Shown piece by piece: positions 40,215 to 51,780 of a stretch of DNA of 64,000 nt. Each line of letters starts with the position of its first letter. Position 1 is the stretch's first letter. This DNA is from Vezdaea acicularis (lineage: Eukaryota): contig JAPEUI010000009.1 in NCBI GenBank assembly GCA_026025075.1, forward strand, positions 1-64,000, in the 5' to 3' direction. Made by a program: the position numbers and the translations under genes. Under the pieces are notes generated by a model. It saw only the letters and a list, made by a program, of their open reading frames with translations. It searched no databases and was not told where the DNA came from.

Positions 40215-40332
40215 AAGCCCTACAAAGATCTTGTACACTGTTTTGATTAAGATGCTGAGCTATTCCCTACGTGAGCCCTCCCCAAACGCCATCCGATATG
40301 CACGCTAAGCACAGCCGTCTGATGCAAAGTGT

Positions 40333-42974
40333 TTATTCCCCTTCATTCCAATTGAAACTATCATAAGTAGTCCCACTTTTTTGCCCACCATTGACGTCTA
40401 ATTTTGCAAGAAACTCTGGCGGTACGGTAGGAACATACTTTCGCTCCCTCTCGCGGTCTACGCCCCCGAAACCAGCTCCGTAACTTACGAGCATGTCCGT
40501 GGAAGTTGGTAATGAAAATGGTAGCATCACCGATGGATCTAATAGCAGATTTTCAGAGCCTTCATCTTCGTCTTCCTGGAGCTCATCAAGCTCCAGTGCG
40601 CCAGGCTTCTTCTCGGATGGTGGAGATGATGGTAATTTAGGGGTCGTGGACCCCTTCTTTGGTGTGGTCGGAACGGATGTTGCGTTGTGACCCTGACTCT
40701 TGCGTTGCTTCTCACGGCGTTCCGCAATCTCTTTCTGCAGACCCCGAACATACCTTAGTGCATTCTTCGTGAGTGACTTCTCGCCCACCTCTGGTCTGTA
40801 ATTCTTAACAGCGTGCAGAAGCTGCTGAGGCGAGAGTCGTTTGATTTGCTGGAGTGTGCTAACGAGGGCCTCAAAATCATCTCCAAGGGATGAGAAGCAT
40901 TGCAGCCATTGAAGTAGTTGAACGACTGGCTCAAGATGGTGCCTAACGGCATCGACGGTGTTCTCACCCGTCGAGCTTGTAGATCCGTTTTCGAAGTGGT
41001 CTGGCTGCCTGTTGTTTGCTCGAGCCCAGTCTTCGAGCGTTGATATATTCATTCGAATTTGCATCGCCTTGGTCCTTGCACAGTACTTTTTATTCGACAT
41101 GATGCGATTGAAAAGCTCTGCACCAAGCCAGTAAAGGAGTTGAGATAGGATTTGAGATATGATGACCGAGTGGATGTCGTATAGGTCGAGAACAAAAAGG
41201 GTTGAAGAGAGTAAGGACGTTACGTTCCGCGGAGAGACCTGCGCTCGACGTTTTGGTGATGGGGGTCTAAATCTCTTTTCCAGAGGCTCTGGCTCTTTTA
41301 CTTTTGTTTTCGATCGAAATATCCGCCACTCATTCTGGAAGTGAACGTCTTCAAATCCAGGAATCGTCTCGTGATCGAGCATGGCTGCATTCATGATTCG
41401 ATCAATCCTCCGCTCTGCGTCTCGGATAATTAGGATAAATATCTCGTTGATTAGTTCCGCGAGCTGAAGCTGGAACTCTGTCGTAGATTCTACGAGGCCA
41501 GAATCCTTTTTGAGATAATGAAGAAGCAAGGTCGCATTCGAGATCCAAAATGCAAGCAATGTCATGTCCCATTGGTGTTTTTCTACCACATCGTTGATTT
41601 TATCCATGGCAGTGACAAGTAGCATGGCCAACAGTTCCTGATTAGCATGGTAGTGAGCATATCGCGCGCTGAGAAATAGTATGTTGGCCGGAACGGGCTT
41701 TTGTGAAGGTGATCGCTGGGGTGTCATATTTGTGATAATGATATCAAGGATTCTCCCTAATTCGCTTTCTTGGAAGACAAACATCTGGTCATTAAGGCAT
41801 CTATCCCAAACGAACTCCTGTCCTTCCTGTTCTATTTCTCCTGGAGACTATACGATATTAGCAGGCAACGTCGTAGATCTGGAGTAATGGCTCTTACTTC
41901 TGGAGGTTCGTCAAGGCCTAAGCTTGACAGATCCACTTCGAGGTTCATTGCGCTCTCCATCATCATACGCCTCTTCATTTCGTTCTCGGCCATTTCCTCT
42001 TCAAACCGATCCTGAGAGAATCCAGAACTGTAGAAGTCATCTGCAACCCCAGCGTTCCCAATATGGTAACCACTTTCGTGAAGATAGTCTGATATCTCGC
42101 TATTCGGCGCAATGAAGTCGAATGCTGTCCGGCCAGTAGAGGATTTGACATCTGGCGAAGCGCCATGATCTAGTAAGAGCTTCGCGATATTCTTGTGCCT
42201 GTTCGTCATTGCCCACATCAACGCACTCCACTGATTCCGGTCTTGAATATCAACATTTGCGCCCCCAGCTATGAGGATAGAAACCACGTCTTGATGGCCC
42301 TATCTTGTTGTTAGCCATTTAACACCTAAGCAGATAGCCCTGGCGCCTACAAAGCAGCTAGCATATATCAGCGGAGCAGTTCCTTCCTCGTCCGGGGCAT
42401 CTATATTGACCATAGTCCTCGCCTTTCCATTGACAAGCTGTTTGACTCGGTCGACATCGCCATTGCTAGCGGCCATATTGAGAACTTTTTGCAGCATATC
42501 CCGCTTTTCTCCCTCATCGAGTTTCGTGTTATTAATGATATCGTCCTCGTCTTCGGCAGCAGATCCATCTTCCCGATGAGCCGCTTGCGCTGCAAGCATC
42601 TCCATTAGCCGGTTATCACTATCCTCCAACGTGTGCGTCGAAGGCTCGTCTTCATAACTAGGCTCGTCGAGAGCTAGATTGAACGTGAGAGGCTTGGCAG
42701 GTACTGGGGAAGTTAAGAATTGAGATTGGCCTATTAACAATGTAGTCTTAGTTTGCGAGCGCCCAAGATATGCTCGATGGCTTGGTCTAAGAGCAAACCA
42801 CGTACCTTGCCATGCATCATACATTTCCGTCTCCGTATCAAAGTTTGGCACGACACGGCGGTCGTCTAGAGATTTTGGGAGGTCATCAGGGAGCTGCCGT
42901 TGTATTGGACTTGGTGCCTCCAATTCTTCTTCCTCGCTGTGATAGTCCCCACCCTCCACTCTCGGCGACTGCAT
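40333..42974 (-). CDS. Ankyrin repeat plus DIL (dilute) domain protein, YPR089W-like, 821 aa
   Basis: Exons 42974-42806, 42730-42351, 42299-41898, 41847-40333. Ankyrin repeats (MAASNGD, APLIYASCFGH, SALMWAMTN); DIL motifs LAFWISN, ELFNRIM..ARTKAMQIRMNISTLEDW, LLQWLQ. Confidence 0.92.
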
Positions 42975-43796
42975 GTTGTCGTAGATCCTTGAGCTTCGAG
43001 CTTCAAGGTAGGGACTTACGTCTGGTACAAGCGGCTGCTTCCATTGGAGTCGTTGTAGACCTCTCCGGATGTGAGGTCAAAGCTCACGAATCCATCCGTG
43101 CATACGCTGTCTATGGTGCTCGAATGTGGTGGGACCGCAAAGTCACTTCCTCGGTTCAACTTCTATCGCTCATGCAGTTTTTATGGTGGCCGACGCATGA
43201 GCTACATAAATCTAGAAGACCTTCAGAGCCAGCATCATATGTTTTTTTCGGGCAGAACTTCAAGCAACTTTATCAACTTTCTTGTGGTGTCCGATTCTAC
43301 GGGAGCACGTTTGATAACATCAAGTCCCATGAGGAAAGGAAATTTTGGACCAAACTCTGAATATCGTCATTAAAGCCTGTAATTCAGCCCCACGAATGCA
43401 TTTTTATGCCCAATTGCATGCAGTCTATCATGACTAAGCTCGAAAGCTTGAAAATAATGCAAATGCTCCACAATCCCCACCAAGACCGCTTTCAAGACCT
43501 TCGCCTAGGTTCGAAAAGAAAATATTACACTTCTAGAAGGGAAACTTCTCGATCCGGGTACGCATAAAATGCAAAACAAACACCTCGCGTGATTAACACC
43601 TAGTCGTGACAATGGCTATCGAAACGGAAACTGCAATCCAATCGCACCGTTGCAAGAATAGAGAGGAAATGAGTTAAGAGCTCCAGAAACAGGAATAGTT
43701 AATCGTTGCGGCTGGGAGGTACTCCCAAAGATAACAGGAAGGCAAAGATAGCAGAGTAACTCTGGCGCATCCAGGTGATGTTGGTGAAGACTTCTC

Positions 43797-46362
43797 TTAG
43801 AAGACAGCGGCTAGCCCACTTTTGGATTGTCTTTTGCTGAAGCGCTTCCTTGCCTTCGACGAATCAGCGTCAGAGGTTAGCTTAGAGAGCCGATTGCTAG
43901 ACAGAAACCCGCCATCGCCGCTGTAAGCAATTTCCCCACCAAGTGTGCTTGAGGGGCTAGGTGACCCCATTTCGTGAAGAGCATCTTCAGCAGAGTAGGA
44001 GTTCGAGATACCTTGCGAGATCGCAAGGTCTTTTGCACGTTCAACCATATCGAGCCATTCATCAGCAGAGTAAGATGTGTTTTGAGCTTCATTAGACGAT
44101 ACTTTAGGTTCTTCAAACATGAAGACCCTGTCACGCTAGATTCATGTCTGTCAGTACCCGTCCTTCTTTGTCCTTTAGAGAGGAATGACGACTCACAGTA
44201 TCGATACACCAACAGCTTCCGCCTTTAGAGTCTTTCGTGATTCTGATGCTAACACCAGGGGCCAGCAACGAGATCTCGGATTTAGACTTCTTCTCTTCAC
44301 CACCAGGTGCAGCCATGATAACCCTTGCTCCAGATGTAATCATTACGAGCCGCTGCCGCTTCTTCAGACCATTACCACCAAAGAACCTAGAAAGCTTCTT
44401 CGAGGGCTCAGCAACCCCGCCTTCAGAAGGATGTATAGCAGGTCCAGACACAACGACAAGATTCCCCAATTTCAAGATACGTTCATTCGTCTTGGTTAGC
44501 ACAGGGGACCAATCTATGTCTAATTGGCTAGGTGGAGGTAGCTCAGTGATTACCCTAGGCTGAGGGCGAGAGCCTCCGTTGATGATCTGTTTCGAACTTG
44601 AACTTGGAACGTTCGGAGATGGTGCACCAGTCGAATACCCGTTGAGATTGATAACAATAGAATCGTTGGAAGGGACATACGGCCTCAACCTCGGCGCTCT
44701 CTGTGTCCACAGGCTCCGGTCCCACTTCACTCCATCGAAAAACTCGTGATTCTTGATGTGTTCAATTGACAGTCGTTTAGCGGGATCGAGGACTAGCAAC
44801 CTCTCCACAAGATCCTGAGCAATTGGTGGAAACCCCTTCGGAAATTCATAATCCAGAGCGACTATTTTTTGAAATGTAAGGTACTCATTGGCAGCCTTGA
44901 AAGGGGGTCTGCCGGCGAGTAGCTGATACACTATGCACCCAAATGCCCACAAATCACTCGCCTTGCAGGCGTTCTTGTCGCTCAGCAGCTCCGGGCTGAC
45001 ATACTCTGCTGTGCCCACGAATGAGCTAGCACGGTCGTCATTATTCGGGCCATCGGCAGCAAAGGGAATGTTTGGCCCATTTCCCTTTGTCTTTGGCTGT
45101 GGTGGCTGTAGAATCTTTGCTGTCCCAAAATCGGTTATCTTGACGTGCATTTGATCGTCAAGTAGGACGTTCTCGGGCTTCAGATCTCGGTGGATGACCC
45201 CTTGCGAATGCATGTAGGCGACAGCATCGAGAATTTGCGCAGCATAATACCTGGTACACTCAACATCGAAGGTCGACATTCTCTTAAGGACACCTAATAG
45301 TTCACCGCCGCTAGCAAGATCGAGGACGTAGTAAAGGGACTTCTCATCTTGAAAGGTGTAGTAGAGTCGAACGATTCCAGGATGAGCACCAAGTCTATTG
45401 AGGGTGTCTTTTTCAATATTCACATACTTGACCTTCTTCTCCTTTATTATATGCCTCTTATCTAGAACCTTGATAGCGTATTCATGGAGCGTCTGGCGGT
45501 CAGTTGCTGCAAGGACGGTACTGTACGACCCCTCCCCCAGCGTTCGACCAAAGTTGAAATCCTTGACTCCTTTCTTGGTAATTTTCGAAATAGCATTGCC
45601 ATTTCGGTCTACCTCTTGCTGTACAACTGTAGTAGCTCCTCGCTCTTTCCATTCCTCACTACTTGATGGTAGACCTGTGTCTGCACGATAATTATTTCCA
45701 ACGGCCGACACACCATATTGAGGTGGTGGCATCCCTCGGGAACTCCTCCTTGGTGGCAGCGGGCCATTCCCTGATATATTCGGCTGCCCTTGCCTGTATG
45801 TCCTGTCGCTATAACTATGTTCTCTAGATGGCACGCCAGCTTGCAATGCCGCTGAGCCCCCCCGAGAATCACTCCTAGTCGGATATCCAGTCGTGGATGA
45901 GCGTGATGATTCACTTTGGAGGCGATATGATCCCTCGTCCGTAACTCCTGGAGCCGAAGCTGCCATCGCTGGCGTATGCGGGTAAGTCGAGGACATTGGC
46001 CTGGAAGAGGCGGACGAAGAAGATGGGTGTATTCTGCTTGATCTTGAACTGACTTGGTCTTGTGGCGCTAGTGGGGGTATGGTAGCGGTATATGGAACTG
46101 AAGCTGGAGTTCTAGAGCTTGGATTGGGGTCCAGAGGCATGCTAGTTGGAGGAGATTGCTGAAAGGGAGGGAAAGGTTGAGTGCTGTGCCTTGAGCTGCT
46201 ACGTGTCCTTGCATATGAGTTGGAAGATGAGCGCTGGGGTATCGAGCCTGTGTAGTCTGCCTCCCTTGGCGGACTTTGCGTGGAAGCGGTGTCATCGTCG
46301 TCGTCAGGGTTCGCTATCCTCAATCCACCGAGGGATTCCGAGAGGCTAAGGTCCCCTTCCAT
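43797..46362 (-). CDS. ksg1: PDK1-like AGC Ser/Thr kinase (Ksg1/Pkh) with C-terminal PH-like domain, 834 aa
   Basis: Exons 46362-44197 and 44135-43797. Motifs: LGEGSYSTV, HIIKEKKVKYV, HRDLKPEN, DFGTAK, RASSFVGTAEYVSPELL, ILKLG..KKRQRLVMITS. Confidence 0.96.
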
Positions 46363-47202
46363 GACCACCACCTTAAGGGATCACGAAGTGCAGAAGGCTT
46401 GATAAGGATTGTAAATTCCCCAGGCGGGCCACTAAAGGGAAAGTGGAGGGTTTGGAAGTGATTGTGGGCAGAGCCGAAGCTTAACGCAATGTGAGAGAAG
46501 GATACGATAAAGCAAGCGAGTGAAGAAACACCAAACCAATCTCCACGATGATTGCCCGTTTAGCACCCTTTTCAGATTAATCAGGGTGCTTTCGGTCGTT
46601 GCTGTAGAGGCAATCTAAGGCCGTTGGGTTTTCTATTCTGCTACTAAAGCTAATACGTGTAGTCATCCTGAGCTTCTTCGAGAGACATTGCTCAGTGCAC
46701 TGCGCACGCGCCTTGATTACGCATTACTCTACCCACGTCCCATGATCTGCCTATTTAGGCCATGGCTGATCACTACGCTCTTCCTCCTCCGTTACTTGGA
46801 TCCAAGACGCCGCCAGGCTCCAGCGGATTCACTCTTTCATTCATATTTTCGTGTTATTTTGCTATCAAATTGAATTGTGCAAGCAGTTCAATTCATCTCT
46901 TCTATCAGTTGAGTGCTTCTTTTCTGATCTAGAAATGCTCTTTCCTCAGCAGATCAAGTCCTTCTACTTTGGGCGCGTCGGTATAACTTGACGTATTTAT
47001 GATTTCTTGTCCTTCTTTCCGCTCCAAGAAGTCATATCATGTCGTTTTCAACGTCCTTTCCTGTTGAGTGAAAGCAGATGCGACAAGGGTTCTTGCGTAC
47101 CTTGACAGATGGTTGCTCGCCATCATGACTATCCGAAAATCATCTTCGAATTCCGCATACTTAGTATGGTACAGCTCTCTATACGGCGTCTCTCATTTCA
47201 TC

Positions 47203-48893
47203 ATGATCCGTTTGCAGCCGACAAAGATCGAGCTCTCACCTAAGGATGTTGCTGACGCTTGTTCACGTATCGAACGTCGCCGTGAGCTACAGGCTACATT
47301 AGCATATGAAAGTTACTCCTCTACAATCAGCACCCCGGCAACCATCCTTTCTCAGAATGTGACGCATTCTCCTGAGCTTGAACGGAAATTTGAGCAGCTG
47401 AAGATCCGTACTGATCCAACATCTGTCTCAGGCGAGACCTGGCGTCGCAGTCCCGATGTTTTCCCTCCCCCTAATGAGGAGTCAAGTGCAGCTATACTTG
47501 AAGCGTCTACCTCCAGTAGTGTGTATAGAGAGCAAGTCATTACACAAGGGTTGGGCTCTATGAGGTGGGAATCACTCTTGGTTCTTTGGGCTGAGTCAAT
47601 ACAGAGCGTGTTTGTGCTGAAGCTAAACTTTGGTACTTTGCTAGAAACGAGGAGTCTCGTTATGCAAGTATCTCATCCAGATCAACCTCGCACTACGGTG
47701 CTACACCTATCAACCGATATGGTTCAATCTCACACAGTCTTCGCTTTCCCTCTCCACACCTCCCAGCCCAATTTTCCCAATCCTTTGACGGCTCCGAGGA
47801 CGATGCCGAAGGTCCCCGACCATCCTCCGATCGGATCCGCCAAGATGGTGTCAACCGTCCTTATTTGAGAGCTTCTTCACCACGCACGCATCCTCCTGAA
47901 GCTGTCGGCATTCCATATGCCCCGGTGATAGAAGATGCTTCCCTTCAGCTGCCTCCCCTACCTCGCTTAGTGGAGGCATATACGCAACTCAGCAGACATG
48001 GCCTTCCTCGATCTCCTCTCTATCTTAGCCAGCAGGCTGCCTCGAGCTCTCCGGACAAGGATGGAGCGAGCAGAGCTCCAAGCGTCGGGGAAGCTGATGA
48101 CACTATTCCCGAAGATCTACCTTTACCGCGTTTAACAGGCTATCGTCAACGTGCACAGAGCTACTCTTTCATCGAATCTGAAGCTGACGAAAGTATGGCG
48201 TTCACTGGTAGTGCTCAGCTCTCAGCCATTCACTCTTCCCCACCAGTTTTCAGCAACGAAGAGCTGTTGGAGTCCGAGATCAGTGATGGCGGGGTTTCTG
48301 ATACTAGTGATCCTTCGGTGTCCTCCGTGGACACAGAAGAAGCTCCTGGTCCGAACAATCATCCTTTTGCGTCTCCTTTCGCTTCGCTGGATCGTTTTCC
48401 GTTGCCTGAGCCCCAAAGGCGCTCCTCATCCGAGCTTAACTTCGGGATTTCCACACGTTCGACGTTTGGATCTGGCGGCCCACGTATAGTAGTACGAACT
48501 CCTTCTCCTCCCAGCCACCGGCCAGGCTTCCTAATTTATGATGACAACCTGCCTCCCTCCACCCAGCCACAGACTCCCAGCAACCGGCACACTGGGCCAT
48601 TCAACCCGGCTTTTACGGCTCCAGCCGCATTAAATAGGGCTGAGGCCGTAAGGCAGTTCTGGAGGTCTCCCCGTCGTCGAGTCCGGGACGACCACGGCGA
48701 GAGCGCTCACCGCTCCGACTCCTCCGAGATCGAGTCCAACCAGGAGAACGGGTCGATGGAGGTGGAGAGGAGTCGAGCGGTGAGGCGGCTGGTTCAAGAT
48801 CCCGCCGTTATGCGGAGAATGGAGGACTGGGAGGTCGCCGCATTACACAGCACAATGGACAGGACTCCTCCTCAGGAATCATGGCCATTATGA
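47203..48893 (+). CDS. Hypothetical Ser/Pro-rich disordered protein with a Cdc26-like N-terminal peptide, 536 aa
   Basis: Exons 47203-47564 and 47645-48893; the intron (GTGGGA..GCTAAA..TAG) joins ORFs 47068..47868 and 47865..48893 in frame. Starts MIRLQPTKIELSPKDV. Confidence 0.7.
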
Positions 48894-50258
48894 GTAATAG
48901 GCAGCCTCTCGGTGCCTGACTTGATGTTTGTTGCTTCCTGTTCTCTACGTTGGCTGTCCGGCTCTGCGGCCCCCGGCTTGGCATTGGTTGCTTCTAGTTG
49001 GCTCCGTCTGCTCTCTAATCCTTTGCTCCACTCCTCATCTGCTTGATTCTTCCCCTTTTTCGCCACTTGTGACTTCATTTATCTGCTCTCCCTTTTTTTC
49101 GCTACCATCTTGCTCTTGCTAGCCTCTTATGTATATTAGACCAGGCATCTGTTCTAAGTTGAAGTCTGCATGTGACGCTAAAAAGAGTATGCTGTGACAG
49201 TAGACTCTCATATCGCCCCCGACAATTTCTGCCAAATACAGCGTCAGGAGATTTGGCCATCGTTCCGGATAAGGACAGAGTATCACATCATATTGATCAG
49301 CATGTTCACATATCGCGTCGGAATCGACCGTTGGGCTGAGCTTCGTCTCATGCACGATTCATAGGTCTTGCGTGCGCTGGCGCAAAGCAACTTCCCTCGA
49401 TGTGTTACAGCACGCACGTCCTTGACAAAGGAAAACACAGAATACTTCGGGCACCTAAAGAGAGAGGTGCGTCGATGTAGGATGTGTAGTGGAGGTCACG
49501 TGAGGGTTTAGCTGATACGCCGTGCTGATACGATAATCGTGGAGGTTGCGCTGCGACGTTTTTCGTACTCGGAGCAACAGCCTCGTCAACATCAACCTAA
49601 ACCAAGAATTTGGAGCACTTTTCCTCCGGTGAGCCAATGTATCAGCGCTACGCCCCATTTTGTCCCGATGGACGAGGCTGACGAGGTCGTGTTGACGAGG
49701 ACAAGCCGCGAGAGAAGCGAGAAGGGCGAGACGGCAGAACCCCCCCCGAAGAGTCGACGGCCTCAGCGGGCGATCGGACGCGAGATCGGAGGACACCCTT
49801 GTTTCTTGGTGGGATTGCCGTCATTGGTTCGCTTACGCCCCCACTGCGCTAGGTCAGCTTCCGGTTAGGCGGCATTGGTGGCTTCCGGAGGGCTTGGGGG
49901 AAGGGCGAGGAGGACCGGTCCTAAGCCAAGGCGTTCGATTCCTTGCATCTTGCGCATCGCCGTCTGCTTACTGGCCCTTCACTGGGCGACCTTTAAAGGC
50001 TGGCCCCCAGCGGCCTTCCTCCTTCAACAGTCCTCACCAGCGTGCCTCTTCCATCCTCCTTCCACCAATTACTCAATTGGCTTCTTTCTATTCCCTCTCA
50101 CCTATCTTCTCCACTTTGGGATCTATTTACCTGCCTCGTACGATCATCCTCATCTCAATGCCGTACTGACATATACCTACCTTCCCTCCGCTCTTTCTAC
50201 AATCCTCTTCTCTCACCTTATCTTATCTCACCTCACATCGTTCCAAACCCATCTCAAC

Positions 50259-51200
50259 ATGGGTCCAAACAACATGTACTACTCTTCGTCTCCTACCGTC
50301 GTCCTTCCTCCCAATCAGACGCTCCAGCCTTTCGGTAACGATGGTACTTCACCTTCCTCCTCTCTCACTGAGCCGTCCATGTTTTCTCAAGCCACAACCC
50401 CGGCAACACCTCCATCATGGGCCCAGCTCAAGTCATCATCCAACGTCCCACGGTTATCGAAGTCGCGCAAACGCTCGCGGGATGAGATGGCCTCTCCGCC
50501 ACCGGAAGACTTGCCGGCCGTACCGGAACCTGAACCCATCTATGGCGAAGGGATGACCCTCATAAACCCTCGAACGAATCTCTGCATATCCGCCGCAAGT
50601 CAGACCGGGACCTGGGTCGAAGAGAAAGCCGACGCCACTCCTCCCCCATCGCCTCCGTCTGCACTCCCTCCACGACCCATCATGGAGAGTCGAAAGTCCC
50701 AGCGTCTTGACACCAGCTCTTCCGCCTACTCCAACCCCTCCTCGCCTGCCGCGATGAACAGTCCTCCGAAATCGCATCCAGTGGAGCCCACAGTCGATGA
50801 CTTTACGCTCTTGCTCGGCATAGGCTGGACGCGCCTTCCGACCGATCCTGACATACAGGCCGCCGCGCGTGGCTGGGCCCGCTACATCGAAAATCACTAC
50901 CCACTGAACGGCACGTGTATACTCCTCAAATCCAAAGCACTCGAATCCTATCTCGTCGGTGCGAAAGAGGGATTCTACCTCTTCCACGAGGACCTCGGCG
51001 AGGGACGGCTCGTCGGCACGACGTTCGAGACGGTCATGGCGAACCTTCGATGCGCGCCGGTCGCGTTCGAAGGCGGGGACTCACTAAGAGCGATTGGCAC
51101 GCCGCGCTGCGGCGGAGCGGCGCAGAAGAGCGAGGATAGAGAGGAGTTGGCCGTCATTGAGGAGGAGACGGGACAGGAGTTTCGCATGGATTTGGATTGA
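50259..51200 (+). CDS. Conserved fungal hypothetical protein, 313 aa
   Basis: First ATG of ORF 49875..51200. Contains blocks I recognise from a Pezizomycotina family of unknown function: RKRSR, YGEGMTLI, SQTGTW, RKSQR, DDFTLLLGIGW, AAARGWARYIENHYPL, GFYLFHEDLGEGRLV. Confidence 0.8.
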   Translation: MGPNNMYYSSSPTVVLPPNQTLQPFGNDGTSPSSSLTEPSMFSQATTPATPPSWAQLKSSSNVPRLSKSRKRSRDEMASPPPEDLPAVPEPEPIYGEGMTLINPRTNLCISAASQTGTWVEEKADATPPPSPPSALPPRPIMESRKSQRLDTSSSAYSNPSSPAAMNSPPKSHPVEPTVDDFTLLLGIGWTRLPTDPDIQAAARGWARYIENHYPLNGTCILLKSKALESYLVGAKEGFYLFHEDLGEGRLVGTTFETVMANLRCAPVAFEGGDSLRAIGTPRCGGAAQKSEDREELAVIEEETGQEFRMDLD

Positions 51201-51780
51201 CGAGGTGAGGTTGGGGTTGAGGTCTGACGATGGTCTGTCGCTGGGTTGGTGGCTTGGCGAGATCGCGATGGCCTATGGCGGGCGCTTCGTGCTTCGGCCT
51301 CGTCAAAAGCGTCGCTCGTCGCATCTCGCTTTCGGCAGCACTTGAAATATCTCGCTCCTCTAGAGTTCCAATATCGGTTTTGGTTGGATGGGGGGATCGC
51401 TCGCAGAGACCTGGCGGCACTCGGGCATCTAGGTAGTAGGACATGAGTCCTTGGATGGATGACTGGCTCGCTATATCTGCTTGCATTTATCTATCGGGAC
51501 CTTCGCAGCATATATCGCATACATATAGAAATACATTGACATCACTTCTCCGATCACTTATCTATCTGCAGCTGCCCTGTCATCACACACGGCCATGGAA
51601 CATGGGAAGGCGTTACGATTTGGCTACGCAAAAACCTGGTATCCTCGATTCAGAAGAGCGATCGTAGAACCCATAGCAGCATGAAATTCGTATAGATATC
51701 CTCTACCCAGTCTACCCAATCCACCCAACCCCGCCCCCCCAAAAACGCCTGAACCCATCCATCCATCCAAGCATCCGAAA

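Noticed and set aside
46562..46590. Short inverted repeats AGCACCCT..AGGGTGCT (also GCAGCTAT..ATAGCTGC at 63753-63776 and CCCCC-GATA-GGGGG near 4871)
   Set aside because: Stems of 5-8 bp are expected by chance in 64 kb, with no target-site duplication or additional copies to suggest MITEs.
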